In this document: piece after piece, positions 8,794 to 18,805 of the stretch
Position numbering within the stretch: position 1 is the first letter of the stretch
How the letters are laid out: each line of letters begins with the position of its first letter
NCBI GenBank assembly: GCA_963716175.1
Contig: OY970296.1
Span: 3,808,001 to 3,872,000 of the forward strand
From: an uncultured Armatimonadetes bacterium
GTDB lineage: Bacteria > Armatimonadota > Hebobacteria > Hebobacterales > Hebobacteraceae
Reading direction: 5' to 3'
Length of the DNA stretch: 64,000 nucleotides
Position numbers and translations under genes: made by a program
Notes under the pieces: generated by a model
The model's database searches: none
What the model was told of the DNA's origin: nothing
What the model saw: the letters and a program-made list of their open reading frames with translations, nothing else

Positions 8794-9950
8794 CTCACCC
8801 GGTCCTTCTCCAGTTGCTCGCGCACCTCTCGGTCCACCGCCAGCAGATCCGCGACCGACTCGCCCGCGCTGACCTCACGCCCGGCGAGCGCCGCCTCAAT
8901 GATCGCCGGAATCCGGGTGAACTTGATCCTGCCCTCCAGGAACCAGGACACCGCCACTTCGTCCGCGGCACTGAGCACCGCGGGAGCCGTGCCTCCGGCT
9001 GCCAGCGCCTCCCGCGCTAGCCTAAGGCAGGGCCACCTGTCGGGCGGCAGAGGCGAAAAGTGCAGCGCCCCCAGGCGCGCCAGGTCCACCGCCGGCTCCG
9101 CCCGCGGCAGCCGCTCGGGATAGCTCAGCGCGAACTGAATGGGCAGTCGCATATCCGGGTTCGCCATCTGGGCGAGCACCGATCCGTCCACGAACTCGAC
9201 CAGGCTGTGCACGATGCTCTCAGGATGCAGCATCACCTCGATCTGCTCCGGCCTCAGCCCGAACAGCCAGCGCGCCTCGATGATCTCCAGACCCTTGTTC
9301 ATCAGGGTGGCGGCATCCACCGTCACCTTCGGGCCCATCTTCCAGGTGGGATGTGCTAGCGCCTGCCCTGGAGTCACGCCATCCAGGGCCTCGGCGGGAA
9401 GATCGCGAAACGCGCCCCCGGAGGCGGTCAGCACCACCCGCCTGACGGCGCTGCGGTCCTGTCCCAGCAGCAATTGGAAGATCGCGGAGTGCTCGCTGTC
9501 CACCGGGAGCAGCTGCGCGCCGGACCGGCCCGCCTCCGCGGTGATGAAATGGCCGGCGACCACGATCGGCTCCTTGTTCGCCAGCGCCACCGTCTTGCCA
9601 GCCCGCACCGCCTCCCACACCGGCGGCAGGCCCGCGATGCCAGCCGCCGCTGCCAACACCAGGTCGGCCTCGGGCAGAGTGGCGCACTGCGCCATGGCCT
9701 CCGGGCCTGCGGCCACCTCGACCCCCATACCCCGCAGCGCCTCCGCCGCCCGCCCCGCGGCCTGCGGGTCCGCTACCGCCAGCAGCCTGGGCCGGTGCTG
9801 CCGCGCCTGGGCCACCGCCACTTCCACCGAGCCGCGGCAGGCCAGTGCCACCACGCGGAAGCGATCCGGGAATGCGGAAATGACATCCAGAGCCTGGAGA
9901 CCGATGGAACCGGTTGAGCCCAGAAGGGCGATGCGACGCGGCTCGGCCAT
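8784..9950 (-). CDS. dxr: 1-deoxy-D-xylulose-5-phosphate reductoisomerase
   Basis: LLGSTGSIG, LANKE, PVDSEH, HPTWKMGPK, MNKGLE. Confidence 0.95.
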   Translation of the reverse strand: MAEPRRIALLGSTGSIGLQALDVISAFPDRFRVVALACRGSVEVAVAQARQHRPRLLAVADPQAAGRAAEALRGMGVEVAAGPEAMAQCATLPEADLVLAAAAGIAGLPPVWEAVRAGKTVALANKEPIVVAGHFITAEAGRSGAQLLPVDSEHSAIFQLLLGQDRSAVRRVVLTASGGAFRDLPAEALDGVTPGQALAHPTWKMGPKVTVDAATLMNKGLEIIEARWLFGLRPEQIEVMLHPESIVHSLVEFVDGSVLAQMANPDMRLPIQFALSYPERLPRAEPAVDLARLGALHFSPLPPDRWPCLRLAREALAAGGTAPAVLSAADEVAVSWFLEGRIKFTRIPAIIEAALAGREVSAGESVADLLAVDREVREQLEKDRVRWA

Positions 9951-9957
9951 CCCCAGC

Positions 9958-10419
9958 CTATGGCCCGGCGAGGCTGACCCCAACCGCATGGCCCGGCCCC
10001 AGCAGCAGAATCAGCGAAAGCGCGACTCCGAGCACCAGGCCCAGGCCCGCCAGCCCCAGGAACTCCACCACCCCCCTGCCCCCGCGCTTGCTCGCCTCCC
10101 CGATCATCGCCAGCGCCACCATCAGGATGTCGAACACTGCCGCGAGCGTGATCACCAATAGCATCGCCTGGGTGATCTCCCTCCCCTTGCAGAAGGCCAG
10201 CACCAGGACCAGGGCCGCTACCATGAACGGCAGCGTGGCCACGTTCGCGCGGCCCCGCGCCTGCAGCCGCACGCGCAGCGCCTCGGCGATCAGCAGCGCC
10301 AGGCCCAAGGTGACCGCGAGCAGTGGCAGGCCGTGCAGGGCCGGCACCTGGTCGAGCAGCACCATGAGCACCAGCAGAGGCAGGCTGATCGCAAGTTTCA
10401 CCAGAAAGCTAGCTCGCAT
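9958..10419 (-). CDS. Multi-TM membrane protein at the usual cdsA position
   Basis: 153 aa hydrophobic ORF overlapping the uppS stop; lacks the full CdsA signature. Confidence 0.65.
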   Translation of the reverse strand: MRASFLVKLAISLPLLVLMVLLDQVPALHGLPLLAVTLGLALLIAEALRVRLQARGRANVATLPFMVAALVLVLAFCKGREITQAMLLVITLAAVFDILMVALAMIGEASKRGGRGVVEFLGLAGLGLVLGVALSLILLLGPGHAVGVSLAGP

Positions 10420-11176
10420 TTTCCACTCCACCGAACCGGCGCTGCCGGCCCTGGTAATCGAGCAGGGCCTGGTAGACATGGGCCTTACGGAAGTCGGGCC
10501 ACAGCGTGGCAGTGACGTAGATCTCGGTATAGGCGATCTCCCACAGCAGGTAGTTGGACACCCGCAGGTCGCCGCCGGTCCGGATCAGCAGGTCAGGATC
10601 AGGAGCATCCGGGCGGTAGAGACGCGCGCTCAGGTCCGATTCGCGGATCTCATCTGGTTTCAGCCGGCCCGCTTCCACCTCCCGCGCCAGCCCGATGGCA
10701 GCATCCAGGATCTCCTGCCGGCCGCCATAGTCAATGGCGAGCTGAAGCGTCAGCCCGGAGTTTGCGCTCGTCATCTCAGTCGCCCGGTCGATCTGCTGCT
10801 GGAGGGAGGCTGGCAGCCGCGCCGTCCTCCCCAGCAGCCGAATCCGCACTTGGCTGGCGTGCAGCTCCGGCAGCTCGCCTCGCAGCGTGTTCTCGATCAG
10901 GGCCATCAGCGCCCGCACCTCCGGCTCCGGCCGGCTCCAGTTCTCGGCAGAGAAGGTGTAGAGGGTGAGGAAGCCGATCCCCAGCTCCCCACAGGCCGAG
11001 ACCGTATCCCGAATGCTCTGCGTGCTGGCGCGATGGCCTTCCATGCGCGGCAGGCTGCGCTGTTTCGCCCAGCGACCGTTGCCGTCCATGATCACCGCGA
11101 TGTGGCGAGGCAGCCGCGACTGGTCCAGCCGCGCCTTCAGCTCCTGCTCAGACCACTGCTGCCCTGCGCTATCCGT
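10409..11176 (-). CDS. uppS: Undecaprenyl diphosphate synthase; start uncertain (possible ACG at 11176)
   Basis: PRHIAVIMDGNGRWA, FSAENW, PDLLIRTGG, RVSNYLLW. Confidence 0.9.
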   Translation of the reverse strand, partial: TDSAGQQWSEQELKARLDQSRLPRHIAVIMDGNGRWAKQRSLPRMEGHRASTQSIRDTVSACGELGIGFLTLYTFSAENWSRPEPEVRALMALIENTLRGELPELHASQVRIRLLGRTARLPASLQQQIDRATEMTSANSGLTLQLAIDYGGRQEILDAAIGLAREVEAGRLKPDEIRESDLSARLYRPDAPDPDLLIRTGGDLRVSNYLLWEIAYTEIYVTATLWPDFRKAHVYQALLDYQGRQRRFGGVENAS

Positions 11177-11387
11177 GCCGGTCCTCCCCCTGCGCCAGCC
11201 CCACGGAAGCCGCCACCACCAGCTCCACCCCCTGCGGGGCCCAGCGCTCCCTCACCACCCGCCGCGGTCCGCCCGGGCCGCCTCCGGGGGGCGCCGTGCA
11301 AGCCACAGCGGCCACCGCCAGCCCGGCCTCCTCCAACACTAGCCGCGCCTCCTCCGGGAAGCGGGCGATCACAGAAGGCCTGTTCAT
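11169..11387 (-). CDS. Small hypothetical protein (weakly PASTA-like)
   Basis: ATGA overlap with frr stop, 72 aa; fills the frr-uppS gap. Confidence 0.55.
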   Translation of the reverse strand: MNRPSVIARFPEEARLVLEEAGLAVAAVACTAPPGGGPGGPRRVVRERWAPQGVELVVAASVGLAQGEDRHG

Positions 11388-11953
11388 CCCTCCATGATCT
11401 CGCGCTCTTTGGCCTTCAGGAGCTCGTCTACCTGGGCGATGTGCGCGTCCGTGATCTTCTGCACCTGCTCCTGGAATCGCCGCAGGTCGTCTTCTGACAT
11501 CTTGCCATCGTGCTGCAGCGCCCGCAGCCTCTCCACCGTCTCCCGCCGTCCATTCCGGACTATGACCTTCCCCTCCTCCGCTTTCTTCGCCGCCGCTCTG
11601 GACAGCTCTTTGCGCCGCTCAGTAGTGAGCTGTGGCAGCGGCACCCGGATGAGATTGCCGTCGGTATTGGGGTTCAGCCCCAGATCCGAGCTGGTGATGG
11701 CGTCAATGATCGGCTTGCCCATGGTTTTCTCCCAGGGCTGGATCATGAGCAAGCGCGGCTCCGGCGCAGTGATGGTGGCCACCTGCTTGATCGGCACGGA
11801 CTCACCATAGTACTCCACCATCACCCGGTCCAGGACGGCGGGGTTGGCCCGGCCGGTGCGGATCGTGGCGAACTCCCGCTTCAACGCCTCGATGGCCTGG
11901 AGCATGTGCACGTCCGTGTCCTTCATGATCTGCGCAATCAGGTCCTTTGGCAT
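11384..11953 (-). CDS. frr: Ribosome recycling factor
   Basis: IRTGRANP, SDLGLNP, LTTERRKEL. Confidence 0.95.
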   Translation of the reverse strand: MPKDLIAQIMKDTDVHMLQAIEALKREFATIRTGRANPAVLDRVMVEYYGESVPIKQVATITAPEPRLLMIQPWEKTMGKPIIDAITSSDLGLNPNTDGNLIRVPLPQLTTERRKELSRAAAKKAEEGKVIVRNGRRETVERLRALQHDGKMSEDDLRRFQEQVQKITDAHIAQVDELLKAKEREIMEG

Positions 11954-12012
11954 GCCGGGATCCTCCTGTCGGCCGACGGCCTTCCCGCCTCTGGCGCGCC
12001 TGCCCCTCGCTC

Positions 12013-12726
12013 TCAGCTGATGGTGCTGCCGATGTCCTCCCCCAGCAGCACTCGCTTGATATTGCCAGCGGTAAGAAGATCGAACACGATCACCGGGATC
12101 TTGGTGTCCATGCTCAAGGAGATGGCGGTGGCATCCATCACCTTGAGCCCGGCGCTGAGGGCCTGGTGATAGGTGAGACGGTCCAGCTTCTTGGCGGCAG
12201 CGTCCATCTTCGGGTCCCGGTCATAGACACCATCCACCGTGGTGGCCTTCAGCAGCGCCTCTGCGCCGATCTCGGCCGCGCGCAGGGCGGCTGCGGTGTC
12301 CGTGGTGAAGTACGGGTTCCCGGTCCCGGCGGCGAAGATCACCACCCGGCCCTTCTCCAGGTGGCGAATCGCCCTGCGCCTGATATAGGGCTCTGCCACC
12401 TCGTGCATCTCGATCGCCGTCTGCACCCGGGTCTGCACCTCCAGCGACTCCAGCGAGGCCTGCAGCGCCAGGGAGTTGAGCACGCTCGCCAGCATCCCCA
12501 TGTAGTCCGCGGTGGTGCGCTCGATGTCGTGCAGCGAGTGGGAGCGCGCCCGTAGGAAATTCCCTCCCCCCACCACGATGCCACACTCCACCTTCAGCTC
12601 CCCACACTCCTGGATCTCACCCGCGATCCGGTGCACCATATCGGGATCAATCCCGAACCCGTTCTCGCCCGCGAACGCCTCACCGCTGAGTTTGACCACC
12701 ACCCGCCGATAACGCGCCTCAGCCAC
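12013..12726 (-). CDS. pyrH: UMP kinase
   Basis: [25 protein letters not shown]. Confidence 0.95.
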   Translation of the reverse strand: MAEARYRRVVVKLSGEAFAGENGFGIDPDMVHRIAGEIQECGELKVECGIVVGGGNFLRARSHSLHDIERTTADYMGMLASVLNSLALQASLESLEVQTRVQTAIEMHEVAEPYIRRRAIRHLEKGRVVIFAAGTGNPYFTTDTAAALRAAEIGAEALLKATTVDGVYDRDPKMDAAAKKLDRLTYHQALSAGLKVMDATAISLSMDTKIPVIVFDLLTAGNIKRVLLGEDIGSTIS

Positions 12727-12752
12727 CTCGCCCTCCAGGGATGCGGTCGGCT

Positions 12753-13352
12753 CTAGGCCTCATCCCCCAGTTGATAACGCACGAATCGCCGTACCGCGAT
12801 GTTCTCTCCGAGCTTAGCGATCGCTTCCCTGATCACGTCCGCCACGGTCTTCTGATCATCCCTGACATAGGGCTGGTCCACGAGGCAGACCTCGCCGTAG
12901 AACTTCTTCAGCCGCCCCTCCACGATCTTGTCCAGCACCTTCTCGGGCCGGCCCTCTTTGATCGCCAGCGACCGGTAGACTTCCTTCTCCTGCTCCAGCA
13001 GCTCGGCCGGGATCTCCTCCGCGCGCACCCAGCGGGGCTGCTCGGCGGCGATGTGCATCGCCAGGTTCCGCGCCAGCGCCTGGAACTCGTCGGTGCGGGC
13101 CACGAAGTCCGTCTCGCAGTTCACCTCCACGAGCACTCCGATGCGTCCCCCGGCGTGGATATAGGAGGCGATCACGCCCTCGGTCGTCTGTCGCGACATG
13201 CGGGCATCCGCCCGCGCCATCCCCTGCTTGCGCAGCGCGATCGCCGCCTTCTCCAGGTCTCCATCGGACTCGGCCAACGCCCGCTTGCAGTCCATGACCC
13301 CAGCGCCGGTCTTGCGGCGCAGCTCTTGCACCTGTTGTGCTGTTACCGCCAA
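12753..13352 (-). CDS. tsf: Elongation factor Ts (short form)
   Basis: [26 protein letters not shown]. Confidence 0.95.
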   Translation of the reverse strand: MAVTAQQVQELRRKTGAGVMDCKRALAESDGDLEKAAIALRKQGMARADARMSRQTTEGVIASYIHAGGRIGVLVEVNCETDFVARTDEFQALARNLAMHIAAEQPRWVRAEEIPAELLEQEKEVYRSLAIKEGRPEKVLDKIVEGRLKKFYGEVCLVDQPYVRDDQKTVADVIREAIAKLGENIAVRRFVRYQLGDEA

Positions 13353-13413
13353 TCTCGTTCTCCCGTGATAGGCATCTACAAGGGATTCCCTGGCTGATTC
13401 CGGCTCTCGCTCG

Positions 13414-14373
13414 CTAGGTCAGCTCCGCCTCGCTGGAGGGCTCCTCTTCGTCATACCCCTCAGGCTCTTCCGCCTTCTCCTCGGGCGCTGATTCCCCCGC
13501 GAGCGGCGGCTCCGCCTCTCCTATCAGCTCCCCCTCGTCGGCTTCCCACCCCAGGTCGCCCTCCGCGCTCGCCTCCTGGCCCGCGGCAGCCTGCAGCATC
13601 GCCTCCTCGACCGCAGCCAAGCTGGCCCCCACCGGGGCCTCGGCCGCCACCTCTGCCTCCGGCAGCCCCTCTTTCGCTCGCCGCGACTCGTACTCCGCCT
13701 TCCCCTCCAACACCGCCTCCGACATCTTGGTCGTCACCAATCGGATGGCCCGGATAGCATCATCATTGCCGGGGATGGGGAAATCCACCTCATCGGGATC
13801 GCAGTTGGTGTCCACGATCGCCACCACCGCGATCCCCAGCCGCCTCGCCTCCAGCAACGCGATCCGCTCCTGCCGCAGATCAACGATGAACATCGCCCGA
13901 GGCGGGGCGGACATCTGCTCGATCCCGGTCAGCACCCGCTCCAGCTTCGCCTTCTCCTCCATCAGCCGCGCCTGTTCCTTCTTGGGGCGCCGGTCCAGGC
14001 TGCCGTCTGCCTCCATCTTCCGCAGCTCTTGCATCCGCTCGATCCGCTGCCGGATGGTGCGGAAGTTGGTCAGCATGCCGCCCAGCCAGCGCTCGGTGAC
14101 GTAGTACATGCCCGCGCGCTCCGCCGCCTCCCGGATCGCCTCCTGGGCCTGTTTTTTCGTCCCCACGAACAGCACGGTGCCGCCGTCAGCCGCCACCTCG
14201 CGTAGGAACGCATGGCCGTCCTCCAGCCGCTTCAGCGTCTGGTGGAGATCAATGATGTAGATCCCGTTGCGGCCCGCATAGATGAACCGCTTCATCTTGG
14301 GGTTCCAGCGACGGGTCTGGTGGCCGAAATGAACCCCGGCCTCCAGCAGCTCCTTCATGGTCACCAGCGGCAA
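13414..14373 (-). CDS. rpsB: 30S ribosomal protein S2 with acidic C-terminal tail
   Basis: [28 protein letters not shown]; TTG start at 14373 after a purine-rich RBS. Confidence 0.95.
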   Translation of the reverse strand: MPLVTMKELLEAGVHFGHQTRRWNPKMKRFIYAGRNGIYIIDLHQTLKRLEDGHAFLREVAADGGTVLFVGTKKQAQEAIREAAERAGMYYVTERWLGGMLTNFRTIRQRIERMQELRKMEADGSLDRRPKKEQARLMEEKAKLERVLTGIEQMSAPPRAMFIVDLRQERIALLEARRLGIAVVAIVDTNCDPDEVDFPIPGNDDAIRAIRLVTTKMSEAVLEGKAEYESRRAKEGLPEAEVAAEAPVGASLAAVEEAMLQAAAGQEASAEGDLGWEADEGELIGEAEPPLAGESAPEEKAEEPEGYDEEEPSSEAELT

Positions 14374-14379
14374 GGTCAG

Positions 14380-14518
14380 TCCCCTTTCCCATTCCTGGAG
14401 CGCGCCACCTATCCGCTTCGGGCGCCAGGGCCTAGCGCGGACTGGGGCCCGGCAGCGCGCCAAGAGATAGCCCTCGGCCCTGGTAAGCGTCGCGGGCCTG
14501 GACAGCAGGAGTTTAGCA
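14380..14518 (-). promoter_or_regulatory. rpsB promoter (extended -10) and probable structured leader
   Basis: TGcTAAACT at 14510-14518; CCAGGGCC/GGCCCTGG stem in the leader; S2 autoregulatory leaders are known at this position. Confidence 0.45.
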
Positions 14519-14626
14519 CAAGAGCCGCAGGCCGCGCAAGCCTCGCCCCCGCCGCGGATTGTGCTGGAGGTGGCAGACAGCGTTCCAGGAGTCCCGTCTG
14601 GAGACGGAGGAACGGTAGCCCTAGAA

Positions 14627-14665
14627 GCTGTTTCATAACCTTCCCAGGGGAGGTTATGAAACAGC
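14627..14665. repeat. 15-bp perfect inverted repeat
   Basis: GCTGTTTCATAACCT...AGGTTATGAAACAGC. Confidence 0.7.
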
Positions 14666-14748
14666 ACTGCACAACGTCAGGCCGTGGCAGGCGCATTTCA
14701 TGCGAGGGCGTGGTGCGGCCAGCCAGCAGGTAGGCTATGAAATGCGCT

Positions 14749-16870
14749 CTAGCGATTCAGCCAAGCCACCAGGCCGGGAACGCGGCGCTCCGCCGGGGCC
14801 TGGGCTGCCGTAACCTGGACGCTGGCGACGTGGTATTCCCGGCCCTTCGATCCGGCCAGCGCTTTGTCGCACGCCAGGCAGGAGGACTTACCTTTCACCC
14901 GCAGCCACAGCAGCAGTTCATACTTCCCCGGCGGCGCCGGCTCTCGCGGGTAGATGCGATGCCGCTCCCGCAGCACCTGTCCCCCTCGCCACGCCTGCGG
15001 GGGCAAGAGGTCATAGCCCAGCAGGTTGATCTCCTGCCAGACTCGCCCGCTCTCACGGTTCTGCAGCACGGTCACCACCTGGATGGGCCGCCGCTCGTAG
15101 CCGGCCAGTGGTGTCCAATAGAGGGTGAAATCCAAACACTCACCTGGCCGCAACTCAGCTTCCTCCACCTCTGCTCGCACCAGCCCCACCTGACCTCCGA
15201 ACTGCACCGTGGGCCTGGGGGGGAGGTGGGCCAGAAGCATCTCCGGCTTGGGCCTCTGGGACAGCACCCGGGAGACCGGGCCCTCGGGCACCAGCCAGTA
15301 GCCCTGATCCTGCAGCAGCTTTCTGCGGTAAGTCATCTCCTCCACGAAGTAGGCCACCGGATATCGCGCCACCACATCTTTGCGCGTCAGCCGGTTGAAG
15401 CGGGCGTCGGTGTCCACCGAGGCCGCGGCCAACAGCGTTACATCCCGCCGCTGTCCTGCCACATGTCTCAGATACCAGAGCGGCCCAATGCACCACCAGT
15501 CAGCCAGGACCGCGGCGCCGGGTTCCACCTCCCGCAACACCGCTCGCCCGAACAGCTCCGCGCTGAGGTCCCGGCTCCCATCCACCTTCGCCAGATGGCT
15601 GCTGAAAAGCGTGAATGGCAGGGCCAGCAGTAAGGCCAGGGTGAGCCCATACTGCCAGGCCGGTCTGAACGCTCGGCTCTCCCCGTGGGCCCGCGCCACT
15701 GCTTTCGCACCCAGCTCCAGAGCAGCCGCGGCGCCGGCTGCGATCAGGCCGGCAACGGCGAGGTCCAGAGGGAGGTAGTAGAGGTAGATGTCGAAGATGC
15801 TGAAGTTGCAGGCATAGGCCACGTCCACGGCGCCGATCAGGCCCAGGAAGACCAGGAGCTTGCGATCTCGGCGCCACAGCAGGCCCAACCCCACTAGCGC
15901 AAGGGCGCAGCCGGCGATCCCGAACTCCATGCCTAGCCGCCTGAAGTTGGCGAGGGCTCGGCGCCGCGGGCAGTAGCAGGCCGTCGCTGAACATGGATTG
16001 CCGCGCTCCCGGCGCGGTCATCAGATTCCAGAGATCGGCCAGGCTGTGCGGGTTATTGGGATAAGGGGGCGGGTTGGCGGCCGCCCGGATCGGGAGCAGC
16101 GCGTAGACGGAGAGGCCTAGCACCAGGAAGCCGAGACAGAGGACCACGCGGCGATGGGCGAAGAAGCGCCCGCCCCGCTCCGCCCACACCAGGTACATCA
16201 ACGCCGGCGCCATCAACAGGGTCAACGCGTGGTTGCCCAGGCTGATCCCGACTAGCCAGGCCAGCAGATACAGCCATCTGTCTGTAGGGCGGGCATTCCT
16301 GTGGCCGCCGCGCTGTTCGTAGGGGAGCCCCTTTGCGGGCTCCTGGTCTGTTGGGCAGGGGTTTGCCTCCTGCCCGCTCTCTGCTTGCGCTGACCTCCAC
16401 CGCAAGACGACCAACACCATCACCGCGGCCAGGCACACGTGCAACGTGAAGACATCCGCCTCCGTGGTCGTATCCCAGAAGGTGGCGCTGAAGGCGAATG
16501 CCAGCGCCCCTACGAATGCCGCCCCGCGGCTGCCAGAGATAACGCGGTAGGCCAGGTAGAGCAGGGACACCCCGAGCGCGCCCAGCAGCGCGTTCATGAG
16601 GTTCACGCGAAACGCTACCTCGCCGATGGGCAGATGAGAGAACGGGTAAGCGATCAGCATCCAGGTGGGGTAGCCGGGGGAGTGGCCGACGCCGAAGAAG
16701 TAGGCTGCCGTGGTCAGCTCGCTCGAATCGCCCCAGCCGAAAGTCGGCCGCATGGTGCGCAGGTAGGCCAGGAGGCAGAGCACGAAGAGCAGGACCGGAG
16801 GGAGCAGATCGCGTGCGCGCCGAATCGCGCCGCGTCCCTGGTATCTGGGCGTGGAATGGTGCCGCCATGT
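14749..16870 (-). CDS. DUF2723/TMEM260-like membrane glycosyltransferase, frameshifted near 15970; start uncertain
   Basis: WGDSSEL, GVGHSPGYP, many TM helices; split over ORFs 15500-16945 and 14749-15930. Confidence 0.75.
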
Positions 16871-17008
16871 GGATGCTCGATTCGGCAGGAGCTTCAGTCG
16901 CCTCTGGCAACCTGCCTCCGGCCAGATACAGCACCTATTCCACAATCCAGTCCGCGTTCTTGCGGGGAGGTTGGGCAGGAGCTCGCTCCTGCCCTGTCGT
17001 TGCCTGTC

Positions 17009-17953
17009 CTACGGAAAATGCTCCGCCACCATCTCATTCGTCACCCGCACGTAATCCTGTGGAGCGCCGCAGCACTCCGGCGGCGCCGCCAAGCACCGCA
17101 CCGCGAGCCATTCACGTCGTTCGGGCTCGCGCACCCTCGCCAACGCCTCGTCCCGCGCCTCTGCGCTCGGGAAGACGGCGCAGACGAGATGGTCGAGGCT
17201 CACCTGATCTCGCACCATGAACTCGTGCATGCCGTCACTATCGAATCCGGGGAGGCCCTCAATCTCCACCCGATGGAAGAACAAGCGCACGCCGGGCTCG
17301 TAATCGTCCTCCATCGCTTCGTCAACGATCCCTTTGCGCTGCGAATGTGACACCTTCTCGCCGGCAAAGTACCTATTCTCTGGGACGCCGAACCCGACGA
17401 AGTCAGCGCATCTGCGCGGGTCGAGCAGGTATCTGGCTCCTATTGGCTCACCAGACAGCAGCCCCATGTGAACGCACTGGTTGAAGCTGAACAGCGCGCC
17501 GTGCGCGAAGATGCTGCAAGCTCTATCCACGGGGGTGGAATGCGTGAGGAGACCGCTGAGAACCGGGTTCGGCTCGTCGGGCAGCGTCTCGAAGCCGCAC
17601 GCCTTCCCCGCCCGCCCCATGGCCATGAACCGGATTTCCTTCAGCGCATCCGCGATGTCCTCCGCGCTGGCCTTGCTCTCCGCCCCCGCCTCCAGGAGCT
17701 TCGCCTCGGCCCTGAGTCGCTCAAAGTAGCAGTCATGGCGGGCCGCCGCCTGCAGCAAGCGTGCCACACCGTCTCCGGCTGTTGCTTCCTCGTCTCCCAC
17801 CACCTCCAGGTAGCGGCGCAGATAGAGGATGGCAGTCTCCTGAGACGCCTGCGCGCAGGTCTCAGCGTCTCCCCGCTCCGCAGCCGCCAGCGCTGCTTTC
17901 AACATTGGCTCAGCCATCCGGTGCGTCTCGTGCATCCACGCGATGAAGTCCAC
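17009..17953 (-). CDS. Hypothetical protein: HEPN-like N-terminus plus possible ADP-ribosyltransferase-like domain
   Basis: Helical N-terminus resembling HEPN; LTHSTP..SIFAHGALFS motif; GTG start just after the upstream stop. Confidence 0.55.
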   Translation of the reverse strand: MDFIAWMHETHRMAEPMLKAALAAAERGDAETCAQASQETAILYLRRYLEVVGDEEATAGDGVARLLQAAARHDCYFERLRAEAKLLEAGAESKASAEDIADALKEIRFMAMGRAGKACGFETLPDEPNPVLSGLLTHSTPVDRACSIFAHGALFSFNQCVHMGLLSGEPIGARYLLDPRRCADFVGFGVPENRYFAGEKVSHSQRKGIVDEAMEDDYEPGVRLFFHRVEIEGLPGFDSDGMHEFMVRDQVSLDHLVCAVFPSAEARDEALARVREPERREWLAVRCLAAPPECCGAPQDYVRVTNEMVAEHFP

Positions 17954-17958
17954 TGGCC

Positions 17959-18591
17959 TCAGCCTGCTCCGCCGGCCCCGTAGCGCGGCCGCCACCACTC
18001 CCGGAACTCATCTACTCCGCGTACCCCGTGCTCCAGCACCGCCTCGTAGATGTGCACTGAGAGCAGCGACTTCCGGTATTCGGGCTGCCCGCACACCGCC
18101 TCTTTGATCGCGAGGATGTGCGAGCGCGCATCCTCGGTCATAAGCGACGCCCACACCGGCCGTCTTGCCGCGCCGGCCTCAAACTCCTCAGGCCGGGCGG
18201 TCCAGAGGTCGAGCTTCCATACCGTAGGATCCCCAGGGCGAGCCGATCCCGTTCTGCTGGGATCCGCGACACGCGCCCCCCAGTAGAGGCCGAAGTCCGG
18301 CTGCGCCTCCGCCCACGCCTCACGATAGACGTCAATGCACTGCAGGCGCACACACCATCCCGTCTCCGCCAGCCGCGTGCCGACCTGCCAATGGCGATGC
18401 CAGTCCGGTCCCTCGTACCGTTCGAAATCCAGATCGCGCCATACCATCGTCTTCATCACGTAGGAGCCGACGGCCTGGAATCGCCCTTCGCGTAGGATGG
18501 GGCCTATGCCAGAGGCAGCCAACATGCGATCGGCCTCCGCGCGCAGGGACGCGTCAAGCGCGAACAGCCTATCGGCATCGGGGTACATCAT
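17959..18591 (-). CDS. Putative Pol-beta superfamily nucleotidyltransferase
   Basis: VGSY...RDLDF (GS..DxD) and WKLDLW third aspartate. Confidence 0.6.
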   Translation of the reverse strand: MMYPDADRLFALDASLRAEADRMLAASGIGPILREGRFQAVGSYVMKTMVWRDLDFERYEGPDWHRHWQVGTRLAETGWCVRLQCIDVYREAWAEAQPDFGLYWGARVADPSRTGSARPGDPTVWKLDLWTARPEEFEAGAARRPVWASLMTEDARSHILAIKEAVCGQPEYRKSLLSVHIYEAVLEHGVRGVDEFREWWRPRYGAGGAG

Positions 18592-18656
18592 GGGACGGTT
18601 CCGTCCTACAGAGAATGGCGAAGACAAGCCCTAGCCAGCGGGAAGGTGCCTCTAAG

Positions 18657-18757
18657 GAGCTTCGCCGAATGAAGTAACACGGCGAAGCTCAAGAAGCGGC
18701 CCAGACAGGCACAGGGCGATGTTCGCACATTACTTCGTTGTGCGAACATCATTAGTC
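18657..18757. other. Double-palindrome element with complementary cores, copy 2
   Basis: Same architecture and 59-nt core spacing as 5918-6018. Confidence 0.75.
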
Positions 18758-18805
18758 CTGCGCTTCCCCGTGGTCTGGAGCGCGAGGCGCCAGCGCAGCC
18801 AGGAG

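Noticed and set aside
18718-18757. Hammerhead ribozyme (CUAAUGA followed by a stem on the minus strand)
   Set aside because: Core is not CUGANGA and there is no GAAA after the stem
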